A stretch of 64,000 bases of DNA from positions 1 through 64,000 of IMG/VR virus record IMGVR_UViG_3300032315_000774; one strand, given 5' to 3'. The notes below the pieces were generated by a model. That model was not told where the DNA came from. It worked only from the letters and a program-made list of their open reading frames with translations, and did not search any database. This document shows positions 1-9,532 of this stretch, one piece after another (position 1 is the first letter of the stretch; every line of letters starts with the position of its first letter). Position numbers and translations under genes: made by a program. The DNA comes from a virus.

Positions 1-252
1 GCCGCCACCACCGCTGCCACCACCCGGCGTCGGTGTCGGATCGTTCGGTTGCGCGGTGAACGTCACCGAGATCAAGCTCTGTGCGATGGCACGCGAGATG
101 TCCTCGCTCAGGTTGAGCATGTAGGGCGTCAAGACGTCGCCGACGTTCCGCGACTCGCGTGGCAGCAACGTCAGCGGATAGCCGCTGCCGTCGTCTTGCT
201 GCAGGTTGAGCGACAGTGTTCGGTCAGTCAGGTTGCGGATGACGATCAGCAC
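1..252 (-). CDS. 5' part of a gene running off the window (MLIVIRNLTDRTLSLNLQQDDG...PTPTPGGGSGGG), possibly structural
   Basis: GTG at 250-252 next to the upstream stop at 246-248; frame stays open to position 1; Pro/Gly linker. Confidence 0.6.
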   Translation of the reverse strand, partial: MLIVIRNLTDRTLSLNLQQDDGSGYPLTLLPRESRNVGDVLTPYMLNLSEDISRAIAQSLISVTFTAQPNDPTPTPGGGSGGGG

Positions 253-2783
253 AGAACCTCCACGAGCGCCCAGTCGAGACCCTTTGCAGGCTCCACTGCC
301 GCGTCTTTGTTGAGAACGTACATAGCTTTGCCGAAGCGCACGGCATCAGCGGATTGCTGAGCTGCCGTCACGAGCGCGTCTTCGAGCGACATGTTATCGG
401 CGCATCGAATGACCTTCGCGTTCGGCTTCAGCTGGATCGGCTTGGTCGCGTAGCCTGATGCGAAGTGCGTGATGTCGCCATCGCGACCCGCGACGTAGCC
501 GTAGTAGACCTCGCCCTTGAACTTGTCGTGCTTGTGACGGGAGCGCGCGGTCTTCGTCACCGACTTCCAGATGTACCAAGTGATCGCTTGCACCGCTTGC
601 GGTGTCAGGCCGAACACCTCCGCTGCGCGCGCGTAGTCTCGCAGCATCGCTTCGCGCTCGGCTTTCGTCGGTCTCGACAAGCCCTTCAGGTTGCGCTTCT
701 CGCCGCGCCAGATGTTCATGGCGTGGCCGTCGAGGACGACATCACGCGCGACGCTCTCGGGGTCGACCAGCGATTGGAAGAACGTCTTCACCTTGGGTCC
801 TGTCAGCAGCGACACGTCTTCCGTCGCCAAGATCTGACGCGCCTTCTCGACGTTGCGCGGGTACGCGTTCGTGCGGGTCGAGTTCTCGATGACCTCGGCT
901 GCCGCGCGCAAGTTCAAGCCCCACTTGTTGCCCGGCGAAAGCACCGCGACCACGGCCGCTGTCACGTCGAACGGCAGCCCGTACTCGGTCGCGAGGTGTT
1001 CGACGTTCTTCTTCGCCATCGGATACCACTCGCTCCAGTATTCGATCTCCGCTGGCGTCGCGAGCGACAACACGCGCACGATGTTCTGCAGCCCCTCGCC
1101 ACTGTCCTCGTACGCAGACAGGTCGCGGTCGACCTCCGACTGCAGCAGCTCGTCGAGCGGCACCTTCTTCCGCTTCGGCTCGGGGATGATCTCCGACCCA
1201 TCGAACTGCGCACGACGCACCCGCTCCAGCACCGTACGCGCACGCGCGCTCGGCTCTCGCGTCAGGAACCCCTTCCCCTTCGCCTTGTCGTACGGCACAG
1301 GCGACGAGAACTGCGACGACGTCACGTCGAGGATGCGCCCGTCTTCGTGCTTCAAGAACCAGTGCGGCGATCCTTCGTGCTCGATGAACATCGGACGCCA
1401 CTCCGGACCCAAGAGCGAACGCAGCGCTTCGCTCGCCACGTAGCAGTGCCCTGTCATCGGGTCGCAGTCATCCGCCAACGTCTTCCACCGTCCCTTGCGC
1501 AAGTCCGGCGTCAGCGCCCGCTTCACCCTCTCGACAAGATCTTCTTCGTCATCTTCGTCGGCACGGATAACGAACTCGCCGAAGCGCTTCCCTGCGCCTT
1601 CAACGAAAGAACCGACTGTGCGTACTGCACTGACGATCTTGGATTCTTCAGGTGACAGGTTCGGGACCTTGTCCAAGATCGAAGCCAGTTCTTCACGAAC
1701 GGCCACATAGAGGTGACCTTCTGAGCCGACGTCCACAAGCGGGCGAAGGAGACTAACCGCGAAGCTGTCCGACACCTGCGTCGCACCTGTGATGCGGTGG
1801 TCCAGCTCTTCGTGGTCGGACTCGTCGAGGTGCGCACCGTCAGGACGTGCGACCATCATGTCACGCTGGCGCTCGACGCCTTCTTCGTCTTCCCACGGGT
1901 CTGTGTGGAACCACGTGCCTGTGGAAGGCGGGTACAGGTTCCCGGCCGCCATCCCGTGCTCTTCGGCGATGTCCACGACCTCATCGAGTGACTCGACGAA
2001 CGTGTCCTCAACCTGATCGATCGTCGCTGCATCGAACGGTTCATCAGGGTCCGCCGACTCCTCGAACACCTGCACCCAGTATTCGCCGCGCTTCTTCAGC
2101 GTGTCGTCTTCTCCCTTGAGGCCCATCGCACGAGCTGCTTGCTCCAAGTACCCGAGCGACACTTCAAGAGGCACGATTTGATCTGAAGGAATGAAGCCTT
2201 CTTCGTCTGGATTCGTGAACTTCCCGGTGATCGCGCGATGCACAGCATCATGCATAACGGTGTTGGTCTCGCGAGCGAACTCGCGCTCGTCGACACCGAG
2301 CTTCCCGATCCGGCGACCCTCGCCGTACTTCTCGTTCAGCTGCTTGTACGCGAGCGCGTGTGACAGCTCGTGGATCTTTCGCCACGAACGTGTCTGTGCT
2401 TCGTCGTCGAAGTCACCGCCTTGACCTGGAGTCGGGTCGTAGACCATGAGGTGACCCGTGTTGTAGTTCTTGTTCTCCAGGTCCGGCCGACCGTACTTGC
2501 CGCCTGCGTAGTAGACCGAGTACCCGTGCTCTGCGACGGCATCGTCGATCTGCTGTTCGTACGGGCGGTAGTCGTAGTTGATCAGCTTCGACTTCTGTGT
2601 GGGATCGATCTTACCATACAGCGGTGCGATTCGGCCGTACTCGCTGCCTGCTGAGTCGCCACGCTGTACGACCTGATCATTCTTGACGGGCGGCTCGGGC
2701 ACAGACGTGTGCGGATGCGCGCGCTCGTCGGCGTCGATCGCGAAGTTGCCCCAGGCGTAGCGGTGTGGATGCGCGTAGCTCAT
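246..2783 (-). CDS. Polyvalent protein (845 aa): zincin HExxH, papain-like C-H-D domain, HhH/glycosylase-like domain
   Basis: ATG 2781-2783 overlaps the upstream TGA (ATGA); motifs IHELSHAL, GHCYVASEAL..HWFL..ILDVTSSQF, WY..A..VVAVLSP..W..N..GPKV..F..VVLDGHA. Confidence 0.75.
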   Translation of the reverse strand: MSYAHPHRYAWGNFAIDADERAHPHTSVPEPPVKNDQVVQRGDSAGSEYGRIAPLYGKIDPTQKSKLINYDYRPYEQQIDDAVAEHGYSVYYAGGKYGRPDLENKNYNTGHLMVYDPTPGQGGDFDDEAQTRSWRKIHELSHALAYKQLNEKYGEGRRIGKLGVDEREFARETNTVMHDAVHRAITGKFTNPDEEGFIPSDQIVPLEVSLGYLEQAARAMGLKGEDDTLKKRGEYWVQVFEESADPDEPFDAATIDQVEDTFVESLDEVVDIAEEHGMAAGNLYPPSTGTWFHTDPWEDEEGVERQRDMMVARPDGAHLDESDHEELDHRITGATQVSDSFAVSLLRPLVDVGSEGHLYVAVREELASILDKVPNLSPEESKIVSAVRTVGSFVEGAGKRFGEFVIRADEDDEEDLVERVKRALTPDLRKGRWKTLADDCDPMTGHCYVASEALRSLLGPEWRPMFIEHEGSPHWFLKHEDGRILDVTSSQFSSPVPYDKAKGKGFLTREPSARARTVLERVRRAQFDGSEIIPEPKRKKVPLDELLQSEVDRDLSAYEDSGEGLQNIVRVLSLATPAEIEYWSEWYPMAKKNVEHLATEYGLPFDVTAAVVAVLSPGNKWGLNLRAAAEVIENSTRTNAYPRNVEKARQILATEDVSLLTGPKVKTFFQSLVDPESVARDVVLDGHAMNIWRGEKRNLKGLSRPTKAEREAMLRDYARAAEVFGLTPQAVQAITWYIWKSVTKTARSRHKHDKFKGEVYYGYVAGRDGDITHFASGYATKPIQLKPNAKVIRCADNMSLEDALVTAAQQSADAVRFGKAMYVLNKDAAVEPAKGLDWALVEVLC

Positions 2784-5700
2784 GATGACCTCGTCGTGCC
2801 GATGATCGCCGCGTCGATGAACTTCTCTCCGCGTTGCAGCGCCAGCGTAGCGCGGTGATGGCCATCGTGCAGCCACCACACCTCCTCACCAACGACCGGC
2901 TCGTGACCGTCGAGGAACGGGTACTTCTCGTGCGGGTAGTCCGTCTCCTCTACCTCGTCTGGACCGTTCACGACAACAGGCGGCAGCTCGTATCCCGCGT
3001 CCGTCAGCTCGGCCAGCTCTTCGACTCGCGCGTCCGACACCGGGTTCATGAACGGTGACGCAAGTTGCGACAGCGGCACGCGGCGCACCTCGAAGTCACG
3101 CGCGTACGCGTTCTGCTGCCCGTAGTCCTCGTCCCACTCTGCTGCTGTCAGCTTCTTCCACGTCTTCTCGTCCGGGTAGTCGTCCTCGCCAGGCTTCGCC
3201 GGACGCTCGCCGCGCTCTCGCTTCTTGCGGACGTTCTCCCAGAGGCTCGCGGTGCGCTCTTCCCAAGGCTCGAAGAAGACTTGTCGGCCTGACTGGGACT
3301 TCCAAACACGACGTGCAGGTACACGCTTGAGCTGGAAGCCGAATGGACGCATGCTCTCCAGACCAGCGTTGCTGAACCACCGGATGGCGTCCTGCTCTGT
3401 CGCGAAGCCGTACAGCTTTCCATGACGTTCCTTCTGTTCCTTCTCCGAGAAGTCTTCATGTGGATATGGGTGCGCTGATACGACACTCTCGTCGCCGTCA
3501 TACGCGATCCCCATGTCTGGCAAGTACATCCTGTACGGTCCGATGCCTTGCTCGTTCTCGACCCGCCAGACATACATCGGTGCTTCGTCTGAGTCGTAGA
3601 TCTTCGCTGCGACGCGAGCGGTGAGCTGACGGCGGTACTGAGCGAAGTTGGTCTCGACCCAGTCGAAGATCTTGTCGATGTGGGGGCTGCTGAAGAGAAC
3701 TTCGCGATTCGATGTGCCTGACCGCGAACGAACCTCCCATTGACCGCGAAGACCTTTTCGACCACCTCTGTCGATCACGGCGTAGTCGTACTCGACGAGC
3801 ACCATGTTCTGCGTGGGCACGTCCGGCCCCCAAACGATGACCTGCGAGTCTCGGTCTGACGTATGGTACGCCTTCACTCCTGGCGCGAAAAACATGACGA
3901 AGCTCTCGCGATCTGCATAGCTAAGGATGTGCTTTTCTGCATCCGCTACCGTGAAAGCGAATGTGTATCCACCTTCGTCGAGCTGTTCTTCTGGCAAGTA
4001 TCCAGTGAACGCGATGTTGTCAGGCTTCGGTACACCTCGTGTAAAACCTTGCTCAACGATGCTTGACGCGTACGGTGAAAAGTGAACCAGCCACGTGTCT
4101 CCGAGGATGTACTCGGGCTTCTTCAGCGTAGCCCAGCTTGGTGCTGACCCAGGATCGTCCTGGACCATCCAAGCAGCAAAGCTACGCTTCTCCGCAGCTG
4201 TCATGCGTTGCTCGATTTGATCACAGAGCGCGTCGAAGTCTGGTGCGAACTCGTCGCCTTGAAAGTTTTCGAAGTCTTCAGGTGCGACGCTGACACGCGA
4301 CAAGATGCGTGGCCACGTCTCGTCGTCGGTATCGTACGCCCACTGTCGAACGGCGGCCCAGTTGTCGTGAAAGTTGATCTGATCAGACTGAAGGAACTGC
4401 TTCAGCTTGTCGACGGGACCTGCTTCGTGGTGTTCGCCGCGCTTACGGTAGCGCTGAGCACGTGCGAGCACGCGATCGACGAACGCGCGCGTGTACTCGG
4501 GGACGCCGCCTGCTTCGCGGACCTTGCGCGGACCTGCGTTGTACGCTGCGAGGGCTAGCTCAAGGTCACCCTTGAACAGGTCGATGAGCTTCTTCAGATA
4601 GCGCGCTCCGACGCTCACGTGCTCGCGCACGTTCTGCGGTTCTGCGGCATCGAGCGACTTCCACGACGACGGTGTCAGCTGCAAGAGCCCACGTGCACCA
4701 ACACTAGACGTCGCGTCGTGGTCGTACTTCGACTCTTCCCAGACGAGCGCATCGAGCAGCGCAGGATCGACGCCAACTTCCTGCGCCACCTCGACGACGA
4801 CAGGCCGATGAACCTTGCGGTCCTCCATCGGCGAAGACAAGAGCGCCGTGGCCAACGCCAGCTCAGGCAGCGCCGCCTGGCGGCTGTTCGTGTCGAACAC
4901 GTTGGCGACGTCGAGGTCGCCGAGGTTCCAGACACCGACGGCCACTGTGTCTGTTCGCGGCAACACGGCGCCGTCGTAGCCTGCCAAACGCAGCACGTCG
5001 GCGATCTGGTCCAAGTCGATGACCTCGAAGACCTCGTCGACAGGCGCGCTCCGTACACGCTCTTCGAGTGCGTCGAGAAGCAGAGGGTCCACTTCACCAC
5101 TCTCGCGTGCTTCTGTGAGACGCACGAGCAGTTCGGTCGCGTCGCGTGGCGCGCTCTGCGAGACGAAGTCGTGCGCCGCCAGCTCGCGCTCGTAGTACGC
5201 AGGCCAGCTCGATGACCCTTCGTACGTCTGGTAGACGACGCCGTCGACCTCGAAGCGCCACTCGCCTACGCCACGCTGCGTGAACTCGCCTTCGTAGAGG
5301 CGCCCCGTCCACAGGAGTTCGTAGACGAACGGCGACTTGACCGCCGCGTCCGCGTAGAACAGGTCGCCGATCAGCATCTCACCGAACGGAGTCGACGACA
5401 CGCCGAACGACTTCGCGGTGAGGTCAGGCTCGTTGCGCCCGACGTAGATCGTCATGACGCTCGGCGGTGTCGTCTGCTCGCGCTGCCCGCGACGACGGTA
5501 CGCGTAGTCGAGCCATGGCGCGTTGGTGATCTTCTGCTTGCCTGCGTCATCAGGTGCGTCCTTGTCGAGCCAGTTTCGGTACACGCTGCGTGGGCCGACT
5601 TCACGACGTTCGAGCGACGCATCGTCGAAGCTCTTCTGCCAGAACTTCTCGTGGCTCTCCGACACGCTGGTGTCCGACTGCAAGAACGCCCCGCGCGCGG

Positions 5701-8700
5701 ACAGCTTCGACATGATCTCCGAGACCGCATAGCTCCCCCACCCTCCCTGATGTGTCTTCACCCACACGAGTTGCCACACGTTCTTGTCCGCCGTCTGCAT
5801 CGCTCGCGCGACCGCCACCTCAAAGCCATCTTCGTCGAAAACCTTCGCCTCCAAACGACCCTTGCCGCCCAGCCAGTTCCGTCGAGCGTCCTCGTGCCAC
5901 TGGAGCTGCCACCCCTCCGGCAGCCCCGCAGGCAACGGCATCGCCGTGATCTGACGCCGGTATTGTGTGAAGTTGTTCATGACCCACTCAACGCACGACT
6001 CAAGCTCTCCACGATACACGTAGTCGCGCTTTGCATCACGACGTCGCGCAACTACTCCGTACGGGCCTGGGTCTGTCTTCTCGATCAAGACCATGTGCGT
6101 CGTTGGAATCGACGGACCCCACACGATGACTTGTACGTCTCCGTCATAGTGATGGTACGCCTTCACACCAGGCGCAAAGAACATCACTACGTCTTCGCCG
6201 TACCACGACGTGGCCTTTCCAGCATTGAAACCAGCGGCCTCGAATGCGAAGACGAAGCCTCCGCTGTCTTTGTCGTCCTCCGGTAGATGCTTCGTAAGCG
6301 GCAAAAGATCAGGGTCACTTACACCGCGCGTGAATCCTTCCTCTACAATCGAACGACCTGCATGCGTGAAGTGTACAAGCCACGTGTTGCCAAGAACGAA
6401 CTTCTTGTAGTCGAATGCAGCCCACCCAAGCATCTCGGACGACGACGCGTCAGGTCCATTCGAATAGCGACCTTGAAGCTCAGGGAATCGATCGTTCAAC
6501 TCCGCTTCGACGACATCCAGCTTCTCGAAGAAGTCGTCCATGTCGTACTGAGCCTCGTACAAGTCTACGAGAGACGTGGTGCCCATGACGCGACCAACCA
6601 CGTCTTTGAAGATCGACGGCTCTTCTCGAATGAGCCAGCTCAGCACTGCGTTCCAGTTACGCTGCAAGTTCCAAGGCTTGCTTGTGAAGTATCGCGGCAG
6701 CTGCGTCACTTCCAGTTGCGCGCCACGCGGCTGGCTCAACAGGCGTTCGACTTCCGCGCCCCACGCGGGTGGTGTGCCCATGTTCGAGAGCTGCGTCAGG
6801 ACGCGCGTGATGTCCTCGTTACCGCGCGTGTTGCCGTAGACCCAGTCCGACATGGTGCCGTTGTTGTGTGCTGTCGTCAGCGCCTCGTTTAACGCGCGAA
6901 TCTTCTGGACGAGCGACGTCGCGTTCCAGTTGAAGAGCACACCTCGGATCGTCGCCAGCATCCCCTTCACGCCTTCGTACGTCAGCACGCGCTCGTTCTG
7001 CGAGAATCGGTTCAGCTCGTTCTTGAACCGGAAGATCATGGCGTCAGCGTCAGAATCTCCCTCGGGCGAGTAGTTCATGAGCTGCTCTTTCGACACAGCG
7101 TCTGAGAAGTCTTTGACGAAAACGAGCCAGTTTTCAGGATAGCCATCCTTCATAAGCTGGCTTTGCAACGCCGAAGCATTGAAGATAGACGCCAGGTCTT
7201 TCAACAGTTGCAGGTAGCGCTCATCTGACAACTTCGAGCGCCCGCTCCCGTAAACGAACTCGACGAGTTGACGCTCAAAGACAGCCCAGAAGTTGCGTTC
7301 GATGTCGTCTCGGTTCCGACGAGCGTCGACCCACTTCTGTAGCGTGTCACGAATCAGCCTCAGTTCGTTCCAGACGGCGACGTCGAGGCGTCGTGTGTAG
7401 TCGTAGTACGCGCGCACGGCAGCGTCGCTGAGCCCTGAGAGACCTTCCTTCTCGACGACCTTGTGGAGCTGGATCCACTTGAACTCCAGCTCGTAGATCG
7501 TCTCCAGGTTGCTCATCTTGTACTCTTCGTCAGAGAACTCGGTCGCACGCTGAGAGACCGCCGCGTACGCGTCGCTTACGTCGCTCGTGATCTCGTTCCA
7601 CAGCTCGTCGCTCGACAGTGACGGACCGACATACGTCGAGACGCTGTACACACCTTCGAACAGCGCGAAGGTCATCGTGCCGTCGAGGTCCAGGTTGACG
7701 GAGACTCTATAGACGCCGTCATCGCTCTCTACGTGACGTAGGAACGACCTGCGCAACTGAATGTGGCTCATCGCGAACAGCTGTCGCTCAATCTTCTTCG
7801 CTTGCTCTACGAGGTCGAACACGCCGGGGTCGACAGGCGTCTCGCGGATTGTCTGCTCGAACCTGTTCACCACAGGTACGACGCCTAGATGAACTCCGGT
7901 CGTGCCGTCGGGCAGACGCGCGATCGTTGCGGTCAGCGAACCGTTCGAAGGCGACTTACCGGACGCCGTGAGCATGCCATAGATCTGACCGAGGACTGCG
8001 TTGAGCTGCAGCGCTACAGCGAAGAGGTCACGCGCAACTTGCTTGAAGCTCTCTGGCAGTTGCTTCAGCTCGTCTTGTACCTTCTCTTCTTGCGGATCGA
8101 ACTTGATCTGCGCTTCGACGGTGAAGCGCTCGACCAGCGTGTCGAGGAAGTAGTCGCGCGGCACGGTCACGATGTCGCCGAACATCTTGCGAGGCCACAG
8201 GAGCAGGAAGCCCGCTTGTGCTGCAGCCTCGGACTCGAAGCCGAACATCACCTTGAACTGCGTGAAGTCTCCCTCTGGCGACGTTTGCGTCGCGATGTAG
8301 ATCTCGTCGTCCTTGATCGCGCCGCTCTCGTCGACCGCGCCTCCGATGATCACATCGAGACTGTCACCATCGAACGTAGGCACGTCCTTGATGTAGCCCA
8401 TCCCCACCCAACCCTCGGGCAGGTGCTGCGGGTAGCGCTGGTCCGCATGCCGCGTGTCGCCGCCAGCCGCTTCGATGCACACTGGCAGCCCACGCCACTC
8501 GAACGTCTCCACCGGAGCCATGTCCTCTGCAGAGCGCGACAGCGTCGCGCGCTTGCTTCTTTTTTCTTGGACCATCTCCAGATTGTTCGCCAGCTCTTGT
8601 GCTGACATAGCGTCGATGGTCGATCGAAGATGGTCCAGCTTCTCGGGGCGCACTGAAAAGACTTCTTGAAAAGCGGTAAAGAGCCGTTCTCGAAGCTCCG

Positions 8701-9532
8701 ATTCTGTTCCCTGAACAGGCGCGTCAGGTCGTGCTGGTTTCTTGTCTCCGGGCTTCCATGGCACGACCTTGTAGTCGCCTGGGCGCACAATGACTTCGCC
8801 GACGCCGAGGTCTCGGCGGTCGAGACCCGGAAACCGTCCGATGTCGATCACGACATGCTCAGGACGGAAGATCGCCGAGACCGTACGTCGGTCTCCCCAT
8901 CCAAAGCCGTGAACGTCATCGTACGACGGCGACCATGCTGTGAACCGTGTGCGGTACTGGTCAGGCTCATTCGTCGGTTCTGAGCGGAACAGCTGAACCG
9001 GACGTGTCGGGCGCGTCTTGGCGAGGACGTCTTCGACAGCATCGAACCGCCGCTGCCAGTATGGCGTGTCGCGGAGATCGTGATGGTGCTTCTGCCAGTC
9101 GCGGACGAGCCGCTCGACTCTCTGTGTGTCACGGCCCGTGAGCGACTCGGCCATCGCTTCGCGGCGCGACGCCCACTTCACGGCGCCGATGGACTCGACG
9201 GCGTAGCGGTAGATCTGGTAGGCGTCGCCGTTCGCGCGACGGAACACGACGAAGTCTGGACCGAGGCCCACGATGTCGCCTTCCTCGCCTGGCTTGAGCC
9301 AGACGGTCGACGGCACCGGCTTGCCCTTCGCGTCGGCGAGAGCGTGCGTCTTCGCCTTGATGCGCCCACGTGCCCCTGGAACGTAGCGGATGCCGTCGCC
9401 GCCCTGAGCCCAGCTCGGCGCAGGATCGCGCCACGCAGGCGGCTTCATCTGCTCAGGCACCTTCTTCAGCACGTCTTCCGGGATCAAGCGACGAAGACGC
9501 TCGTGAAGCGGTGTAGCAGTACGCGTGGTCAT
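2780..9532 (-). CDS. Giant polyvalent protein (2250 aa): ART-like, inorganic pyrophosphatase, duplicated ART-like, GNAT-like, SLT lytic transglycosylase, ParB-like domains
   Basis: InPase GYIKDVPTFDGDSLDVIIG..FKVMFGF; SLT VWEES..GARGLLQL..GARYL..ALAAYNAG; ParB LPPVVV..LHDGHHR; ATGA coupling at both ends. Confidence 0.85.
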   Translation of the reverse strand: MTTRTATPLHERLRRLIPEDVLKKVPEQMKPPAWRDPAPSWAQGGDGIRYVPGARGRIKAKTHALADAKGKPVPSTVWLKPGEEGDIVGLGPDFVVFRRANGDAYQIYRYAVESIGAVKWASRREAMAESLTGRDTQRVERLVRDWQKHHHDLRDTPYWQRRFDAVEDVLAKTRPTRPVQLFRSEPTNEPDQYRTRFTAWSPSYDDVHGFGWGDRRTVSAIFRPEHVVIDIGRFPGLDRRDLGVGEVIVRPGDYKVVPWKPGDKKPARPDAPVQGTESELRERLFTAFQEVFSVRPEKLDHLRSTIDAMSAQELANNLEMVQEKRSKRATLSRSAEDMAPVETFEWRGLPVCIEAAGGDTRHADQRYPQHLPEGWVGMGYIKDVPTFDGDSLDVIIGGAVDESGAIKDDEIYIATQTSPEGDFTQFKVMFGFESEAAAQAGFLLLWPRKMFGDIVTVPRDYFLDTLVERFTVEAQIKFDPQEEKVQDELKQLPESFKQVARDLFAVALQLNAVLGQIYGMLTASGKSPSNGSLTATIARLPDGTTGVHLGVVPVVNRFEQTIRETPVDPGVFDLVEQAKKIERQLFAMSHIQLRRSFLRHVESDDGVYRVSVNLDLDGTMTFALFEGVYSVSTYVGPSLSSDELWNEITSDVSDAYAAVSQRATEFSDEEYKMSNLETIYELEFKWIQLHKVVEKEGLSGLSDAAVRAYYDYTRRLDVAVWNELRLIRDTLQKWVDARRNRDDIERNFWAVFERQLVEFVYGSGRSKLSDERYLQLLKDLASIFNASALQSQLMKDGYPENWLVFVKDFSDAVSKEQLMNYSPEGDSDADAMIFRFKNELNRFSQNERVLTYEGVKGMLATIRGVLFNWNATSLVQKIRALNEALTTAHNNGTMSDWVYGNTRGNEDITRVLTQLSNMGTPPAWGAEVERLLSQPRGAQLEVTQLPRYFTSKPWNLQRNWNAVLSWLIREEPSIFKDVVGRVMGTTSLVDLYEAQYDMDDFFEKLDVVEAELNDRFPELQGRYSNGPDASSSEMLGWAAFDYKKFVLGNTWLVHFTHAGRSIVEEGFTRGVSDPDLLPLTKHLPEDDKDSGGFVFAFEAAGFNAGKATSWYGEDVVMFFAPGVKAYHHYDGDVQVIVWGPSIPTTHMVLIEKTDPGPYGVVARRRDAKRDYVYRGELESCVEWVMNNFTQYRRQITAMPLPAGLPEGWQLQWHEDARRNWLGGKGRLEAKVFDEDGFEVAVARAMQTADKNVWQLVWVKTHQGGWGSYAVSEIMSKLSARGAFLQSDTSVSESHEKFWQKSFDDASLERREVGPRSVYRNWLDKDAPDDAGKQKITNAPWLDYAYRRRGQREQTTPPSVMTIYVGRNEPDLTAKSFGVSSTPFGEMLIGDLFYADAAVKSPFVYELLWTGRLYEGEFTQRGVGEWRFEVDGVVYQTYEGSSSWPAYYERELAAHDFVSQSAPRDATELLVRLTEARESGEVDPLLLDALEERVRSAPVDEVFEVIDLDQIADVLRLAGYDGAVLPRTDTVAVGVWNLGDLDVANVFDTNSRQAALPELALATALLSSPMEDRKVHRPVVVEVAQEVGVDPALLDALVWEESKYDHDATSSVGARGLLQLTPSSWKSLDAAEPQNVREHVSVGARYLKKLIDLFKGDLELALAAYNAGPRKVREAGGVPEYTRAFVDRVLARAQRYRKRGEHHEAGPVDKLKQFLQSDQINFHDNWAAVRQWAYDTDDETWPRILSRVSVAPEDFENFQGDEFAPDFDALCDQIEQRMTAAEKRSFAAWMVQDDPGSAPSWATLKKPEYILGDTWLVHFSPYASSIVEQGFTRGVPKPDNIAFTGYLPEEQLDEGGYTFAFTVADAEKHILSYADRESFVMFFAPGVKAYHTSDRDSQVIVWGPDVPTQNMVLVEYDYAVIDRGGRKGLRGQWEVRSRSGTSNREVLFSSPHIDKIFDWVETNFAQYRRQLTARVAAKIYDSDEAPMYVWRVENEQGIGPYRMYLPDMGIAYDGDESVVSAHPYPHEDFSEKEQKERHGKLYGFATEQDAIRWFSNAGLESMRPFGFQLKRVPARRVWKSQSGRQVFFEPWEERTASLWENVRKKRERGERPAKPGEDDYPDEKTWKKLTAAEWDEDYGQQNAYARDFEVRRVPLSQLASPFMNPVSDARVEELAELTDAGYELPPVVVNGPDEVEETDYPHEKYPFLDGHEPVVGEEVWWLHDGHHRATLALQRGEKFIDAAIIGTTRSS

